A stretch of 64,000 nt of DNA, taken from a virus. The number at the start of each line of letters is the position of its first letter. Position 1 is the stretch's first letter. The stretch covers positions 32,001-96,000 of the IMG/VR virus record IMGVR_UViG_3300025168_000033; one strand, written 5' to 3'. The translations under genes and the position numbers were made by a program. Of this stretch, positions 20,171 to 30,496 are shown one piece after another. The notes beneath the pieces were generated by a model that was not told where the DNA came from, did no database searches, and saw only the letters and a list, made by a program, of their open reading frames with translations.

Positions 20171-20336
20171 TACAATAATCTTTTGCATCTTCTAAAAGAC
20201 CGTTGAAATATCCGAGTAAATCGTATAGTTCCTCTTCGTTAATGAATTCTACGTTTGGAACTGTGAGAGTATCAAGACCGTTAACATCGATAAAATCTTG
20301 AACTTTTGCTGTTGGAATTGTTTTTGCGTTTGTCAT
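20163..20336 (-). CDS. small acidic early protein (57 aa, not in ORF track)
   Basis: manual translation MTNAKTIPTAKVQDFIDVNGLDTLTVPNVEFINEEELYDLLGYFNGLLEDAKDYCNG, directly after the repeated promoter cassette. Confidence 0.65.
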   Translation of the reverse strand: MTNAKTIPTAKVQDFIDVNGLDTLTVPNVEFINEEELYDLLGYFNGLLEDAKDYCNG

Positions 20337-20418
20337 GTGTATGTGTATTTGTGAGTTATTAATTAATTTATAGTATAAATATAATCAAAAGGATCGACAG
20401 TAAAAAATCCTGCCGAAC
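20337..20418 (-). repeat. early promoter/leader cassette, copy 1
   Basis: minus strand gttc..caggattttttactgtcgat...ttatattta.ctataaa..taataac...tacaca ATG. Confidence 0.75.
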
Positions 20419-20546
20419 CTTTTTTTTCATTAAAAGTATTTTGATTTGTAATAATCTTCAAGACTTTGACAGCTTACTCCTAGAGCAATTACTGATAGTA
20501 TTATAAATGTTGTCCACATAGTGCGTATATTTAGTGTTAGTTAAAA

Positions 20547-21011
20547 TTATTTTATTTTGATTCTATTCATGTATGTGATCTTGTGTCCCATCTGTTCGTA
20601 ATGTTTAGTTGGGGTTCCGTCGATAGTAATTTCTTCACCTAACTCAGCAGAGATGTAAAGTTTGATTTTGTTGCCATCGGCAGTTTCAGCTATCACACCT
20701 TCATATTGCGTTTTTGTGATAGTTAATTTTAAATCTTTAATTCGCTTCTTAAGAGTTCCAAAGAATTCGCTTGTAGAATTTTCTTTGTTTCTTTTTGCGA
20801 TTGAATCGAAGTATTCAGAAACCTTTGCTTTTGCAGCACTCAACAAATTTAATTTTTTGTTGATTGTTGCTTGACCAACTCGCCAACCAGATTGAGAGTA
20901 ATATGGATCGTAATTTTTAGTGAACCAGATTAGCCAATTGATATCACTTAATGCGATTTCAGCGATTGTTCTTCCTGTGTGTTTTCCGAATGTAATTGTC
21001 AAATTTTCCAT
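20547..21011 (-). CDS. early protein with FGKH (DUF3820/ExoX-C-like) N-terminal domain
   Basis: ITFGKHTGRTIAEI..D..WL.W. Confidence 0.6.
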   Translation of the reverse strand: MENLTITFGKHTGRTIAEIALSDINWLIWFTKNYDPYYSQSGWRVGQATINKKLNLLSAAKAKVSEYFDSIAKRNKENSTSEFFGTLKKRIKDLKLTITKTQYEGVIAETADGNKIKLYISAELGEEITIDGTPTKHYEQMGHKITYMNRIKIK

Positions 21012-21012
21012 G

Positions 21013-21096
21013 TGTGTGTATTTATGTGTTATCAGTTATTAATTATTTATAGTTAAATATAATCAAAAAAATCGACAGTAAAAAATCCTGGTGAAC
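21013..21096 (-). repeat. early promoter/leader cassette, copy 2
   Basis: 21013-21062 identical to 21433-21482 (50 bp), with further similarity to gaac. Confidence 0.85.
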
Positions 21097-21100
21097 TTTT

Positions 21101-21430
21101 TTAAAAATCTTTATTTTTAAGCTCTGCTATTTCGTATTCCCAGTTCTTATCGAGTTGTAGTAATGCAAATACCAGATCCTTTTTGCGTTCATAGCTATTG
21201 TAATCTTCGAAGTATTCATATAGATTTTCATCTACATTATCATCAAGTATTGCAACTTCCCACCAGGTAGTTTCGCAACTATCTTCGTTGAAATTAACTG
21301 TGAAATTTTTTCCTGTGTATGTGTAGTAACCGGGAAGTTTAGTAATTTTGTCGTTAATAAGAAGTTCGGCTTTAGTAACTCTACTTCCGAAATCTCTTAC
21401 TTGTTGTGCAACTGTACGATATTTTTTCAT
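21101..21430 (-). CDS. hypothetical early protein
   Basis: 109 aa between two cassette copies. Confidence 0.6.
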   Translation of the reverse strand: MKKYRTVAQQVRDFGSRVTKAELLINDKITKLPGYYTYTGKNFTVNFNEDSCETTWWEVAILDDNVDENLYEYFEDYNSYERKKDLVFALLQLDKNWEYEIAELKNKDF

Positions 21431-21432
21431 GA

Positions 21433-21516
21433 TGTGTGTATTTATGTGTTATCAGTTATTAATTATTTATAGTTAAATATAAACAAAATAATTGACAATA
21501 AAAAATCCTGATGAAC
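21433..21516 (-). repeat. early promoter/leader cassette, copy 3
   Basis: direct repeat of 21013-21096, 420 bp apart. Confidence 0.85.
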
Positions 21517-22014
21517 TTATTTTTTGGATTTTTTCAAATACTCCATGAATGCCTTCTGGTCTTTACGTAATAAGGCTTTACAGTAATGTGTGAATGCTAA
21601 TGAATCTTCAAGTATTAAATTAGGCACCATTTTTGCATCCTTGACATAACGCTCGTTACATGATTCACACACAAAATTATCAGGCTTAAAATAATCCATC
21701 TGTGATTCTATCGGAATTTTACAGTATGCACAATCCCATTTTACTAGTTTAAGATTTCTATTCATCTCAACCAGATTAGTAATTTCTTTTGTGTGCGGAT
21801 CTACATAAACTTTTCTAAACATTGGATTGTCTAGAATTTGATCCTCCATTTTAAATATGATTTTTAATGCGGCATCATCGGGTGAGATTTCATCCAACAA
21901 TTTATCTTGTGTTAATAGCTTTACGTGCCTAGGCAAAAGAAGGTCCAGAATAATTCTGAACCTTGTTTTTCTTCTTCCTTTATTTTGTCTTTTTATAATA
22001 GACTTTCTAGCCAT
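21517..22014 (-). CDS. hypothetical zinc-binding protein
   Basis: CAYC...CESC pairs, basic N-terminus. Confidence 0.6.
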   Translation of the reverse strand: MARKSIIKRQNKGRRKTRFRIILDLLLPRHVKLLTQDKLLDEISPDDAALKIIFKMEDQILDNPMFRKVYVDPHTKEITNLVEMNRNLKLVKWDCAYCKIPIESQMDYFKPDNFVCESCNERYVKDAKMVPNLILEDSLAFTHYCKALLRKDQKAFMEYLKKSKK

Positions 22015-22021
22015 TTATTAA

Positions 22022-22933
22022 TTAACCTTTAAGTTCCTTAATTTTTGCTTTAAGCTTTTTAAGAGCCGTTGCAGAAGTTGCAAGTTCCTTTTCAGCTTTA
22101 TTTCTTTCAGAACCAGCTTCTATATCTGCAAGTTCTTTCTTTTGGAAATCTATATCTATCTGAGTTTCGTCAGCTTGATCTTGCAGTTTTTCAATTTTTT
22201 CCTTGTTTTCCTTGTCACCTTCAGATTTCTTTTCATCATCTTCAGATTTCTTACCTTCGTCTTCTTTAGCTTTTTTAGCTTTTTCTGCTTTTGCTAATTT
22301 ATCAAGTTCCGCAGATGCTTCTTCTTCACGTTTTTGTGTTTTATTTATTTGAGCTTTTAAAGATGTTCTTTCTGCATCACTTGCAGATTCTAGATCCGCT
22401 TCTAAAGCAGCTAATGTACCTTTAATTCTTAATTTAGCCGTAAATTTTTTCAAAAACGGCGTCGTAGCCTTTTCATCTGCGACAGATTCTAATTCACTTA
22501 CTTTTGATGAAATAACTTTTTGTTTTTTAGTTACCATGTCATCAATCTTTTTCTTTTGATCAGATCTTGAAGTTCTATCTAGATTTTTATTATCATCAAG
22601 CTTTTGCTTTCTTTTATCACCAGAAGATTCTACTTCAACAGAATCTAGCTTAGCCTTATTAGCTTTTTTCTGAGTCTTTTTAATTTTTCTTGCCTTTAAT
22701 AAAGTACCAACAACCTCATTAAGTTCATCAAAATTTTCCATTGATTCGGTAATACCACCGTCATGGCCATTAAAATAAATTGCCTTTATATAATGTTGCA
22801 ATTCCTTTTCAGTTAATCCTGGATGTTGCATTTTTAACTCATCCAATAAACTATTACTGGTTTCAGTTAATTCTATATGCTCATTTAAGCTATGTAATTT
22901 CATAATATTATTTGTTTTATTTATATATTTCAA
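22022..22933 (-). CDS. coiled-coil charged protein with degenerate tag (likely starts MKLHSLNE)
   Basis: LNE/LTE/ITE sites in N-terminal part; K/E-rich helical body. Confidence 0.55.
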   Translation of the reverse strand: MKYINKTNNIMKLHSLNEHIELTETSNSLLDELKMQHPGLTEKELQHYIKAIYFNGHDGGITESMENFDELNEVVGTLLKARKIKKTQKKANKAKLDSVEVESSGDKRKQKLDDNKNLDRTSRSDQKKKIDDMVTKKQKVISSKVSELESVADEKATTPFLKKFTAKLRIKGTLAALEADLESASDAERTSLKAQINKTQKREEEASAELDKLAKAEKAKKAKEDEGKKSEDDEKKSEGDKENKEKIEKLQDQADETQIDIDFQKKELADIEAGSERNKAEKELATSATALKKLKAKIKELKG

Positions 22934-22954
22934 TTTTTTTAATTATCTATAGAA

Positions 22955-23671
22955 TTAACTAAAACTATCTTCATCCCAGTCGTCTTCGTTATTAATCCAA
23001 CCTTGATCTGGATCGCTTTCAGCAGATGTAGTAAAATCATGACGCTTCCAGTTAAAATTACTTTTAGCTACTAAAGCAGGATATAAAATTTTTCCTCTTG
23101 GTGCTTTTGTTTTTTTCTTACCAAATTCAATATCTATTCCAATTGATCTGTCTGCATCAGGATATCCGTTCATTTTAGCAAGTAATTCATAGTAATCCAT
23201 ACCACCAAATTCACCGTATCCTTCATATTTATTTTCAGCCCATTTATTACCTTCATTATCAAACATAAACATTTTGATTCTATTTCCAGGCATGTTACCT
23301 ATTTGCTGACCTGTGTCCTGAGTAAACCAAGAATATTGTCCTTCGTTTAATTCATTAGATTCATTTACAGGTTCCATACCTGTTCGGCGTTTAACATATT
23401 CCATTATTTCTGTATAAGAAACAGATTCAGGATATTCAGGTTTTCCAGTAGTAGTTAAAGATTTCTTTTTAAAATCTGCAGTTATTGTAAAGCTTCCTGA
23501 TGCTGGTGTAATTTCTAAAATATCACCGCTTACTGAGGCAGTAAATCTTTTAGGCTTTAAAAATGAACTAAAATGTTTAGATTCTTTATTTAAGAAATCT
23601 GCAAGAGTCGATGGAGATTCATCATGTTTAGATTCATTAACGAATTCGTCAAATGACTGTATATTTTTCAT
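22955..23671 (-). CDS. tagged two-domain putative internal head protein
   Basis: MKNIQSFDEFVNE; internal PVNESNELNE|G splits two domains. Confidence 0.65.
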   Translation of the reverse strand: MKNIQSFDEFVNESKHDESPSTLADFLNKESKHFSSFLKPKRFTASVSGDILEITPASGSFTITADFKKKSLTTTGKPEYPESVSYTEIMEYVKRRTGMEPVNESNELNEGQYSWFTQDTGQQIGNMPGNRIKMFMFDNEGNKWAENKYEGYGEFGGMDYYELLAKMNGYPDADRSIGIDIEFGKKKTKAPRGKILYPALVAKSNFNWKRHDFTTSAESDPDQGWINNEDDWDEDSFS

Positions 23672-23690
23672 GTTATAATATTGTTTTTAA

Positions 23691-24098
23691 TTAGTATGCA
23701 AGTTTAATTTCTAATGCTTGTCTTTTTTTGATAGCTTTTTCTATTTTATCGTCTATGGCATTTAATTCATTACCATATCTATTTGCATCATCATCGGTCC
23801 AATCGTCTCCTTTTTGACCAGCTTCATTTTCCATGTCTGAAAAAATTTCACTTTTGTTAGAATATAATTCTTTGAGGTCTGCAATAATATCATCAAGCTC
23901 ATCTTCAATAGCTTGTCTTTTCTTACCATATACTCTCTTTTTCATTCGTTGCTTATAGTATTGCTTATAGTCTGCCATTTTCTTTTCACGTTCCATTTTA
24001 GCGGCACGAATAGCAATAAGTACTGGATCATTATTTGATATTTCATTTAATTCATAAGATTCATTTATGAAATCATCAAAAGACTCAAAGTTTTTCAT
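23691..24098 (-). CDS. tagged putative internal head protein
   Basis: MKNFESFDDFINESYELNE; late promoter at 24118-24126. Confidence 0.65.
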   Translation of the reverse strand: MKNFESFDDFINESYELNEISNNDPVLIAIRAAKMEREKKMADYKQYYKQRMKKRVYGKKRQAIEDELDDIIADLKELYSNKSEIFSDMENEAGQKGDDWTDDDANRYGNELNAIDDKIEKAIKKRQALEIKLAY

Positions 24099-24140
24099 AT
24101 TGATTTTATTTATTTATTTATATATCTTTTAATAGAGCAC

Positions 24141-24172
24141 AAAAAAAGGTCAGGACAAAGTCCTGACCTTTT
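24141..24172 (-). terminator. intrinsic terminator after major capsid gene
   Basis: 13-bp stem AAAAGGTCAGGAC/GTCCTGACCTTTT with T7 tract on minus strand. Confidence 0.85.
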
Positions 24173-24192
24173 AAATATTAAAAAACTATTGA

Positions 24193-25869
24193 TTAATATA
24201 TTCCGTATTGAGAGAATATACCAAAAGTAATATAGTTTGTTTCTGGGTGATGTCCAGCTTCAACTAATGCGAATCTAGATTTAACCGCAATTTTAGGAGC
24301 CATTGTTCCTTCAGCGATAGTTTCTACTGATTCAGCCATTAAGTAAGGCATGAATACCAATCCAGGTGAATTACCATCTCCTTTTCTTCCAACTAATACT
24401 CTGTTGTCAGACCAAGCCATGTTAGGATCAACATAAACAGCTACACCTCCAATTGTTCCAACTGGGTAAAGTGAACCACCTACTTGATTTAAAGTATTTG
24501 CCATTGGCGCAGCGATAAAACCAGCACTATCTTGTAAAGCAGTAGCGATTTGACCGTTTGTTACCATGAAGTTAGCATTACCTCTTCTTCCTCTGATAGC
24601 AATCATGTTAGCACAAGCAAGAACCTTACTAAAGATCTTTCTTTGTCTTGTATGAATGTTTTCTGAAGTAGATATAGTAGTACCTTCAGTTGCAGGAACA
24701 GGAGTAGTAAAATCACCTACTCTGTTAGCTCCAGTAGAATCAATTGCAGATCCAAAAGAACCAATTGCAGTTGTAGTATTAGATAAGTTCAAGTGGAAAT
24801 GAACATTTTGAGTTTTAGAAATATTTGCATGGTTTTTAACACCTAATTTAAACAATCTTTCTAAGATGTTTTTGTTGATTGATTGAGTCAATTCATTTGC
24901 AAGAACAGCTTCAACCTGAGCAACAGCATCAACACCAAATTGTTTTAAATCTTGAACTTGTTCTCTTGTAACTGCAGCAGCAACTTGGAAAGTTTTAGCT
25001 TCAACAGATTGATTGAACAATGTCAAGTTCATGATATTATCTTGAGTTGTTTCACCAGCATCTCTTGAATAAGGATCATTAGATCCATAAGAATTACCAG
25101 AGAATCCAGTAATATGATCTTCTAGAGATTTTACTAATGAAGCAGCAGAAGTTTGATCAGCTCCGTCTTGAACACCAACTGCGGTTGCAGAAGTAGCAGC
25201 ATAAACAGCCCATGAACCATCAATACAATCAGCAATTGAAGGAGCAGTAGTAGTATTACCTACACTATAAACATTACCAGTAGCAATAGTACCAGTAGAA
25301 ATTACTTCAAAGATACTAAATCCATCAATTCTAGAAGTTCCTAAGAATTTAGAATAAATTGCGTTAGCATTGTTACCAGTTGTTCCAGCAGAAGCTAAGA
25401 AGTGATTATCATTAACAACAAGAGTTGAATCAGTAGTATCAACCTTGATTATAGCAGGATTATTATCAGTTCCTTTAGCATCCAATTTTCCACCTCCGTA
25501 AACGAAGTCTAAATAAGTTAAAACACCCATTGGTCCAGGCATTGGTATAACTGGTACTAGGTCTAAACCTACAGTATTTGCAGCAACTTGCATTGCTAAA
25601 GGTAATAAAGTGTGAGCTTTATCTCCTGATCCTTTTACACCACCGGCAAAACCGTCTTGTGATCCTGGGGGTCCAGGGAATTTTGTTGCTCCCATTCCGT
25701 TTACACCACCTAAAGTTGCGTAAGCGTTGTTTTCGTAAAGCTCATGGTTATGACAGTATTTTGACATCCATTCAACAGTATTACGGTCTTTAATTCCCGT
25801 AGTAGACTCGATGATCGGTGCCCATTTACTCATAACCTCAGCTTCGTTAATCATTTTATGTCCGTACAT
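24193..25869 (-). CDS. gp23: major capsid protein
   Basis: KWAPII, V.PM.GP.G...YLD..Y, V.AK......T.E..QDL...G.DA...L.NE..Q.IN..I, RG..NF, YVDP, G.KG....GL.F.PY, PK..VKSR. Confidence 0.93.
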   Translation of the reverse strand: MYGHKMINEAEVMSKWAPIIESTTGIKDRNTVEWMSKYCHNHELYENNAYATLGGVNGMGATKFPGPPGSQDGFAGGVKGSGDKAHTLLPLAMQVAANTVGLDLVPVIPMPGPMGVLTYLDFVYGGGKLDAKGTDNNPAIIKVDTTDSTLVVNDNHFLASAGTTGNNANAIYSKFLGTSRIDGFSIFEVISTGTIATGNVYSVGNTTTAPSIADCIDGSWAVYAATSATAVGVQDGADQTSAASLVKSLEDHITGFSGNSYGSNDPYSRDAGETTQDNIMNLTLFNQSVEAKTFQVAAAVTREQVQDLKQFGVDAVAQVEAVLANELTQSINKNILERLFKLGVKNHANISKTQNVHFHLNLSNTTTAIGSFGSAIDSTGANRVGDFTTPVPATEGTTISTSENIHTRQRKIFSKVLACANMIAIRGRRGNANFMVTNGQIATALQDSAGFIAAPMANTLNQVGGSLYPVGTIGGVAVYVDPNMAWSDNRVLVGRKGDGNSPGLVFMPYLMAESVETIAEGTMAPKIAVKSRFALVEAGHHPETNYITFGIFSQYGIY

Positions 25870-25897
25870 AATATTTTGATTTTTTTAAGTTTGGTTT

Positions 25898-27736
25898 TTA
25901 AATTTTGTTTGTTTTGAATCGTTTTGCTAATCCTTCAGTAACTGCATCCATATAAGAACTTGTAACTTTAACTTCGTTTATCGATTCAGAATTTGCAATT
26001 GCAGATTCATTAATCGGTTGAATTATTTCAGATCTCAAATCTCTTGTCGACCAAAAATGATCGATTTGATATTGTGATTCTAAAACACTAACAGAAGCTT
26101 GTAATTTAATTTCTTCTTGTTTGCTTTCACTTAAAGAATCATAAGACTCTTTATATTTAGCTGGGATATTTTCCAACCAATTTAAAACTTTAGGTTCGGG
26201 TGTTGTTGCTGATTCCCATATTCTTTCAACATCTCTAGTTCCGAAGTATTTGTTATTTTTAAATGCAAGTATCAAGTCACCTTGAGAGCTTTCATTTAAT
26301 TTTGCAAATTCACTTCTCTTAGATTCCGTTACAAAATGTAGGAAATGCAAGTCCTTATCTTCAGTTACTGCTTTTTGCTTCTTAGCAGATTCAAGTAAAG
26401 TATTTATCTTAGTACTGATATCATTCTTAAAGTTATCATTACTTTCTATAATTAAATTTTCTTTAGGTTCCGATTGCTTACTTATTCTACCATTACCTTC
26501 ATTAATTAATTTTGCACCGTTAAGTTCAGCAAAATTTTCATTAATATCGTTAATAGAATGTTCGGTATATGAACCTAGAGTTTCTAGATTTTCTTTAATA
26601 TATTCAGTAAAATTAGCAACATGTTCCATGTTCTCAACAATATAATCGTTATGAGAAATAAGAGTATCTACTGATTCATTAATTGTAGTTTGATATTCAA
26701 ATCTTGAATTAACTTCTTCACTAATGTGTTTAGAATATTCAATTGAATTATCAACTGATTCAGCAACCATTTTACTATATTCGATTGAATTATCAAGGTT
26801 TTCAGCCAATGATTTACTATATTCAATTCCTTGATCGGTCTTAAGAGCAACCAATTCACTATAATCTTTAACTGATTCAAGACCTTCAACAATATAATCA
26901 TTATGTGCAATTAGGTTGTCTGTATTTTCTTCAACCTTATTGATTTTTGAATTCATTGAATTTACTTCCTTAGCAATAGTTTCAACCCACTCTACAATTT
27001 GTGATTGTTCCTTTGTATTATTAGAAGGTATATCAGATTCGTTTATAGATTTGATTGATTCCTGGATCTTATTGAATTGTTCAGTGATATATTTTGAATA
27101 TTTATCGAACTGATCCATTGAGATGAATGATTCACCTTTAGTTTCGTTTATTGCAACTTCTGGTGCGTCAACTTGAGTTAAACCGTTATTTGTGTTATCC
27201 ATTTCAAATATTTGTATTGTATCGTCGTTTTGTAAGCCAAATGATTCATTGACTCTGTTTAATTGTGCATTTTCAAATCCTGGATCTGCAACCAAATCAT
27301 AAGTAAATAATCTTTTAACTTTTACATGATTATTTGATTCAACAACACCAGCTGCTCTAGATGAAATATGTATTGGAACTCCTGCATCAACTAATGCCTT
27401 TGCTTGTTTTCCAGCATCAGTATCAAGTAGCTTAATTCTACCTCTTACTTGTTTTGAAGATTTATCGTAAGATATTTCTTCTATAACATGTGATACATTT
27501 TTTAATGATACTTCGAATTGTTTTGGATGATCCAGTTCTCCTAGAATTTTTCTATCTTTAACTTTTTTAGCTAATTCTTCCACATGAGGAACAAATTCAG
27601 CTTCATCGTAAATTCGATTGTTTTTATTTTTTGTGCCTATTTCCGAAAAAATTCCTTCCAGTATATAATCGCCATTAGCGGTTTTCTGGAATTCTGCCTC
27701 AGAAACTGATCTTTCAAGAATCAGTAAGTTTTTCAT
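25898..27736 (-). CDS. gp21: prohead protease (gp21) fused to scaffold/core (gp22-like); start likely MKNLLILE at 27736
   Basis: LEGIF, NKNNRIY, LGELDHP, VSH.I, ISSRAAG, YDLVADPGF; long helical repeat C-terminus; late promoter at about 27769-27779. Confidence 0.88.
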   Translation of the reverse strand: MKNLLILERSVSEAEFQKTANGDYILEGIFSEIGTKNKNNRIYDEAEFVPHVEELAKKVKDRKILGELDHPKQFEVSLKNVSHVIEEISYDKSSKQVRGRIKLLDTDAGKQAKALVDAGVPIHISSRAAGVVESNNHVKVKRLFTYDLVADPGFENAQLNRVNESFGLQNDDTIQIFEMDNTNNGLTQVDAPEVAINETKGESFISMDQFDKYSKYITEQFNKIQESIKSINESDIPSNNTKEQSQIVEWVETIAKEVNSMNSKINKVEENTDNLIAHNDYIVEGLESVKDYSELVALKTDQGIEYSKSLAENLDNSIEYSKMVAESVDNSIEYSKHISEEVNSRFEYQTTINESVDTLISHNDYIVENMEHVANFTEYIKENLETLGSYTEHSINDINENFAELNGAKLINEGNGRISKQSEPKENLIIESNDNFKNDISTKINTLLESAKKQKAVTEDKDLHFLHFVTESKRSEFAKLNESSQGDLILAFKNNKYFGTRDVERIWESATTPEPKVLNWLENIPAKYKESYDSLSESKQEEIKLQASVSVLESQYQIDHFWSTRDLRSEIIQPINESAIANSESINEVKVTSSYMDAVTEGLAKRFKTNKI

Positions 27737-27819
27737 ATTTGTAGGTTTATTTTTAGCTTGGCTATTTGTTATATATATCAAGTTCACATTTACAAATGTG
27801 GTATCATTTTATAATACTT

Positions 27820-29418
27820 TTAAAAACCATCGTCATCCGATGTTAATTTTGCTTTCTCTGCCATTTCTTTCTCCTCTCTCTCTTTTAATTTAGCATTTAA
27901 TTTCAAATCATCCGCGGATAATCCAAGATATTTTCTAACTAAGAATTCAGATGAAAAGAATTTTGATTCATTCATATCAGCATCAGTATCAACTAATCCG
28001 TCTTTCATTGTTTGAATAAAATTGATTTCTTTCTCTAATACTTCCATTTCCTGCATCTTAATAAACATATTATTCTTCTGATATACTATACCTATTTGCT
28101 GTTTAAAATTATCATCATTGGCTAATTCTGGAAAGTCTAAGGCCATTTGTTGCCATAAAGGTTTTACAAGTATTTCTTGGAATTGTGTTCTCATACGATC
28201 AATAAAACGACCAAATTTTAACTCATCTCTAGTAGCACCTTCAGCCTGCATTTCCCATGATGGCGGCGATTCCTGATCAAATCTAGATAAAGGAATCTTA
28301 GTAACTTTATGAAATTCTTCTCTAAAATATCTAATTGCATCCGTATCACTTAAATCAGGACCATCATTTGCAAGTGTTTCAATTTCTGGTTGACCTGCAT
28401 CATTAGATGGTAACCAGTATTCCTTATTGAAAGGCATCATAGGTTTTCCATTTACCTGCAATTCACCAGATTCTACATCAAAATCCATTACTTCACGATA
28501 AGATTGCATTAGTACTCCTAATGATTGTTTTGCTCTAGTTTTTGATTTACCTCCTACTGGAATTATAAATTTAGTTTTAAATGATGAATTTACAACAGAC
28601 CATATAATTCTGGAATGTTCCATGATTCGTAAGATATTAAATGTTCTTACTAATCGTTCTACATAACTTACACGTCCAGGTGAATTAATTTGAGAATAAG
28701 AAAGATAAATTACTTGAGAATCATATAGTTCTCTTTGTTTTCTTACGTCACCTTTAAATTGAGTCCACATTTTCTTACCATCACTGTCTAGACCAGGCTC
28801 AATTGATGAGGGGTCTATTTCTTTGAATCCAATGATGTTTCTCATGTTCTTATCATAAATGATTTCAAACGCAAGATATCCATCAATCAACCATTTTCTA
28901 AAAAAGTTCCATGCAGAAATATCGTTATTGAATCCAAAATATTGATAGATTTTTTTGAAATTAGTTTGTACTGCATCAGAGATTTTCTTGTTAACATCAA
29001 CGGTAATTAATTCATCATCAAATATTTTTGGATATGCAAAGAAATTGGTTGCATCATATACAATAGCTTCATCCGCAAGTACATCCAATACATCTTCAAT
29101 TTTATCCTGAACAGAAAAGCGTCTTAAGTCTTCTCTTTTCTTTACATAGTTTCTATCATAAATAGAAATATTTTTACGAAGATTTATATCTGCCATTGAA
29201 AGATTAGCAAACATTCGATATTCATCATATTCGCCACCCATAAGGTTTGCCTGATCATATCGCCAACCATATTCATCTTCAGTAATACCGATAGATCTGG
29301 AATTTCTTAATACCATATCGTCATACTTCATTCCAAATGAACTAAGCTTCTTAATGAATTTTGTTACTGGATTTTTACTTTCCAAATAACTACCATTCCT
29401 ATTTACAAATCCTGACAT
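27820..29418 (-). CDS. gp20: portal protein
   Basis: FRKWLIDG, SY.ER....N.LRIME....I, YWLP, EIETL, KIPLSRF, RDELKF.RFI.RMR.QF. Confidence 0.92.
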   Translation of the reverse strand: MSGFVNRNGSYLESKNPVTKFIKKLSSFGMKYDDMVLRNSRSIGITEDEYGWRYDQANLMGGEYDEYRMFANLSMADINLRKNISIYDRNYVKKREDLRRFSVQDKIEDVLDVLADEAIVYDATNFFAYPKIFDDELITVDVNKKISDAVQTNFKKIYQYFGFNNDISAWNFFRKWLIDGYLAFEIIYDKNMRNIIGFKEIDPSSIEPGLDSDGKKMWTQFKGDVRKQRELYDSQVIYLSYSQINSPGRVSYVERLVRTFNILRIMEHSRIIWSVVNSSFKTKFIIPVGGKSKTRAKQSLGVLMQSYREVMDFDVESGELQVNGKPMMPFNKEYWLPSNDAGQPEIETLANDGPDLSDTDAIRYFREEFHKVTKIPLSRFDQESPPSWEMQAEGATRDELKFGRFIDRMRTQFQEILVKPLWQQMALDFPELANDDNFKQQIGIVYQKNNMFIKMQEMEVLEKEINFIQTMKDGLVDTDADMNESKFFSSEFLVRKYLGLSADDLKLNAKLKEREEKEMAEKAKLTSDDDGF

Positions 29419-29420
29419 TA

Positions 29421-30014
29421 TTATCTTGTTTTATTTATATATTCAATAAATAATTTGTCTCTTTCGGCTTCTCCGAGCTTGACAAAATTAGGGTTATTAA
29501 TTAACATTGCGCTTGCCCAAACATCTATATTATTTGAAAAAACGTATGAATTACTTATTCTTTTATTTATGTATTTTCTTGTTGCAAATCCAATACCATA
29601 TTGTTTATATGTCGCCATAAATGATTTAGGTGAAAATTTATTATATGACTGATCTCTTGCTGGGGTGTTTCTTTTGCTGTTATAAGCACTTCCATATCGT
29701 GTCCAGAATGCATCTATAAATTGATACTTTATTTTTTCTGGAAAAAAGTTTAAATTAACACCAATATCCATAAAACCTTCAGCTGACATTAATTCATCAA
29801 TCTTTATTATGAGTGGGTTAGTATTCCAATATGCTAATTTATCTCGAGTCTTTGGGTCATAATAATTAAACGAATATAATCTACCATATTGCATACGACC
29901 ATTAGTTGATCCAATTATTTTACCTCTCGCACCGTCGCCTTTAGCTTTAGATGCCCAACCAGAAGCATCAAATTTTGAGCCTTTAAGATCGTTAATTTTT
30001 CTAGCCATTTCCAT
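29421..30014 (-). CDS. gp2: DNA end protector-like protein
   Basis: GRLYSFNYYDPKT.DKL.YW...PL, GVNLNF.P, RKY. Confidence 0.7.
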   Translation of the reverse strand: MEMARKINDLKGSKFDASGWASKAKGDGARGKIIGSTNGRMQYGRLYSFNYYDPKTRDKLAYWNTNPLIIKIDELMSAEGFMDIGVNLNFFPEKIKYQFIDAFWTRYGSAYNSKRNTPARDQSYNKFSPKSFMATYKQYGIGFATRKYINKRISNSYVFSNNIDVWASAMLINNPNFVKLGEAERDKLFIEYINKTR

Positions 30015-30022
30015 ATTATCAA

Positions 30023-30496
30023 CTATTTGAATCCATTAAAAAATCCTTCAGTAACAATCTTAAAAATATATCCGCGACTATCACACCATTTTTTAGCTGC
30101 GGCAAACTTTGCCATATTTAGAATATATTGTTCAGACAAATATTTAAAGTTTTTAATTGTTTTAGGAGTTTTTCTTTTAGGTTGTTTAGGTTTTTTAATT
30201 TGAGCTTCCGGCTTTACTTCTATTACAAGTTTCTTACCATCATCCAATAACATAAAGAAATCTGGATGATATTTAGAATACTTTTCTCTTAGTGGATTCC
30301 AATATTTTATTTCAAACGGTTCAGATGACCATTTAATTACTTTAGCATTTGATTCACAATAAATACAAAATTTTTGTTCCCAGCTACTTCTATAAATAAT
30401 AGGACCGTTACCAATATATTTAGCACATTCATTCAACGGAAAATATCCTTGTTTGAATCTGGATTTTTTGGTTGGCTTATTATTCTTTATGCTCAT
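30023..30496 (-). CDS. gp4: head completion nuclease (TnsA-like)
   Basis: KY.G....YRSSWE.KF...C......WSSE, Y.PDF, IEVKP, AK..AA..WC. Confidence 0.9.
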   Translation of the reverse strand: MSIKNNKPTKKSRFKQGYFPLNECAKYIGNGPIIYRSSWEQKFCIYCESNAKVIKWSSEPFEIKYWNPLREKYSKYHPDFFMLLDDGKKLVIEVKPEAQIKKPKQPKRKTPKTIKNFKYLSEQYILNMAKFAAAKKWCDSRGYIFKIVTEGFFNGFK

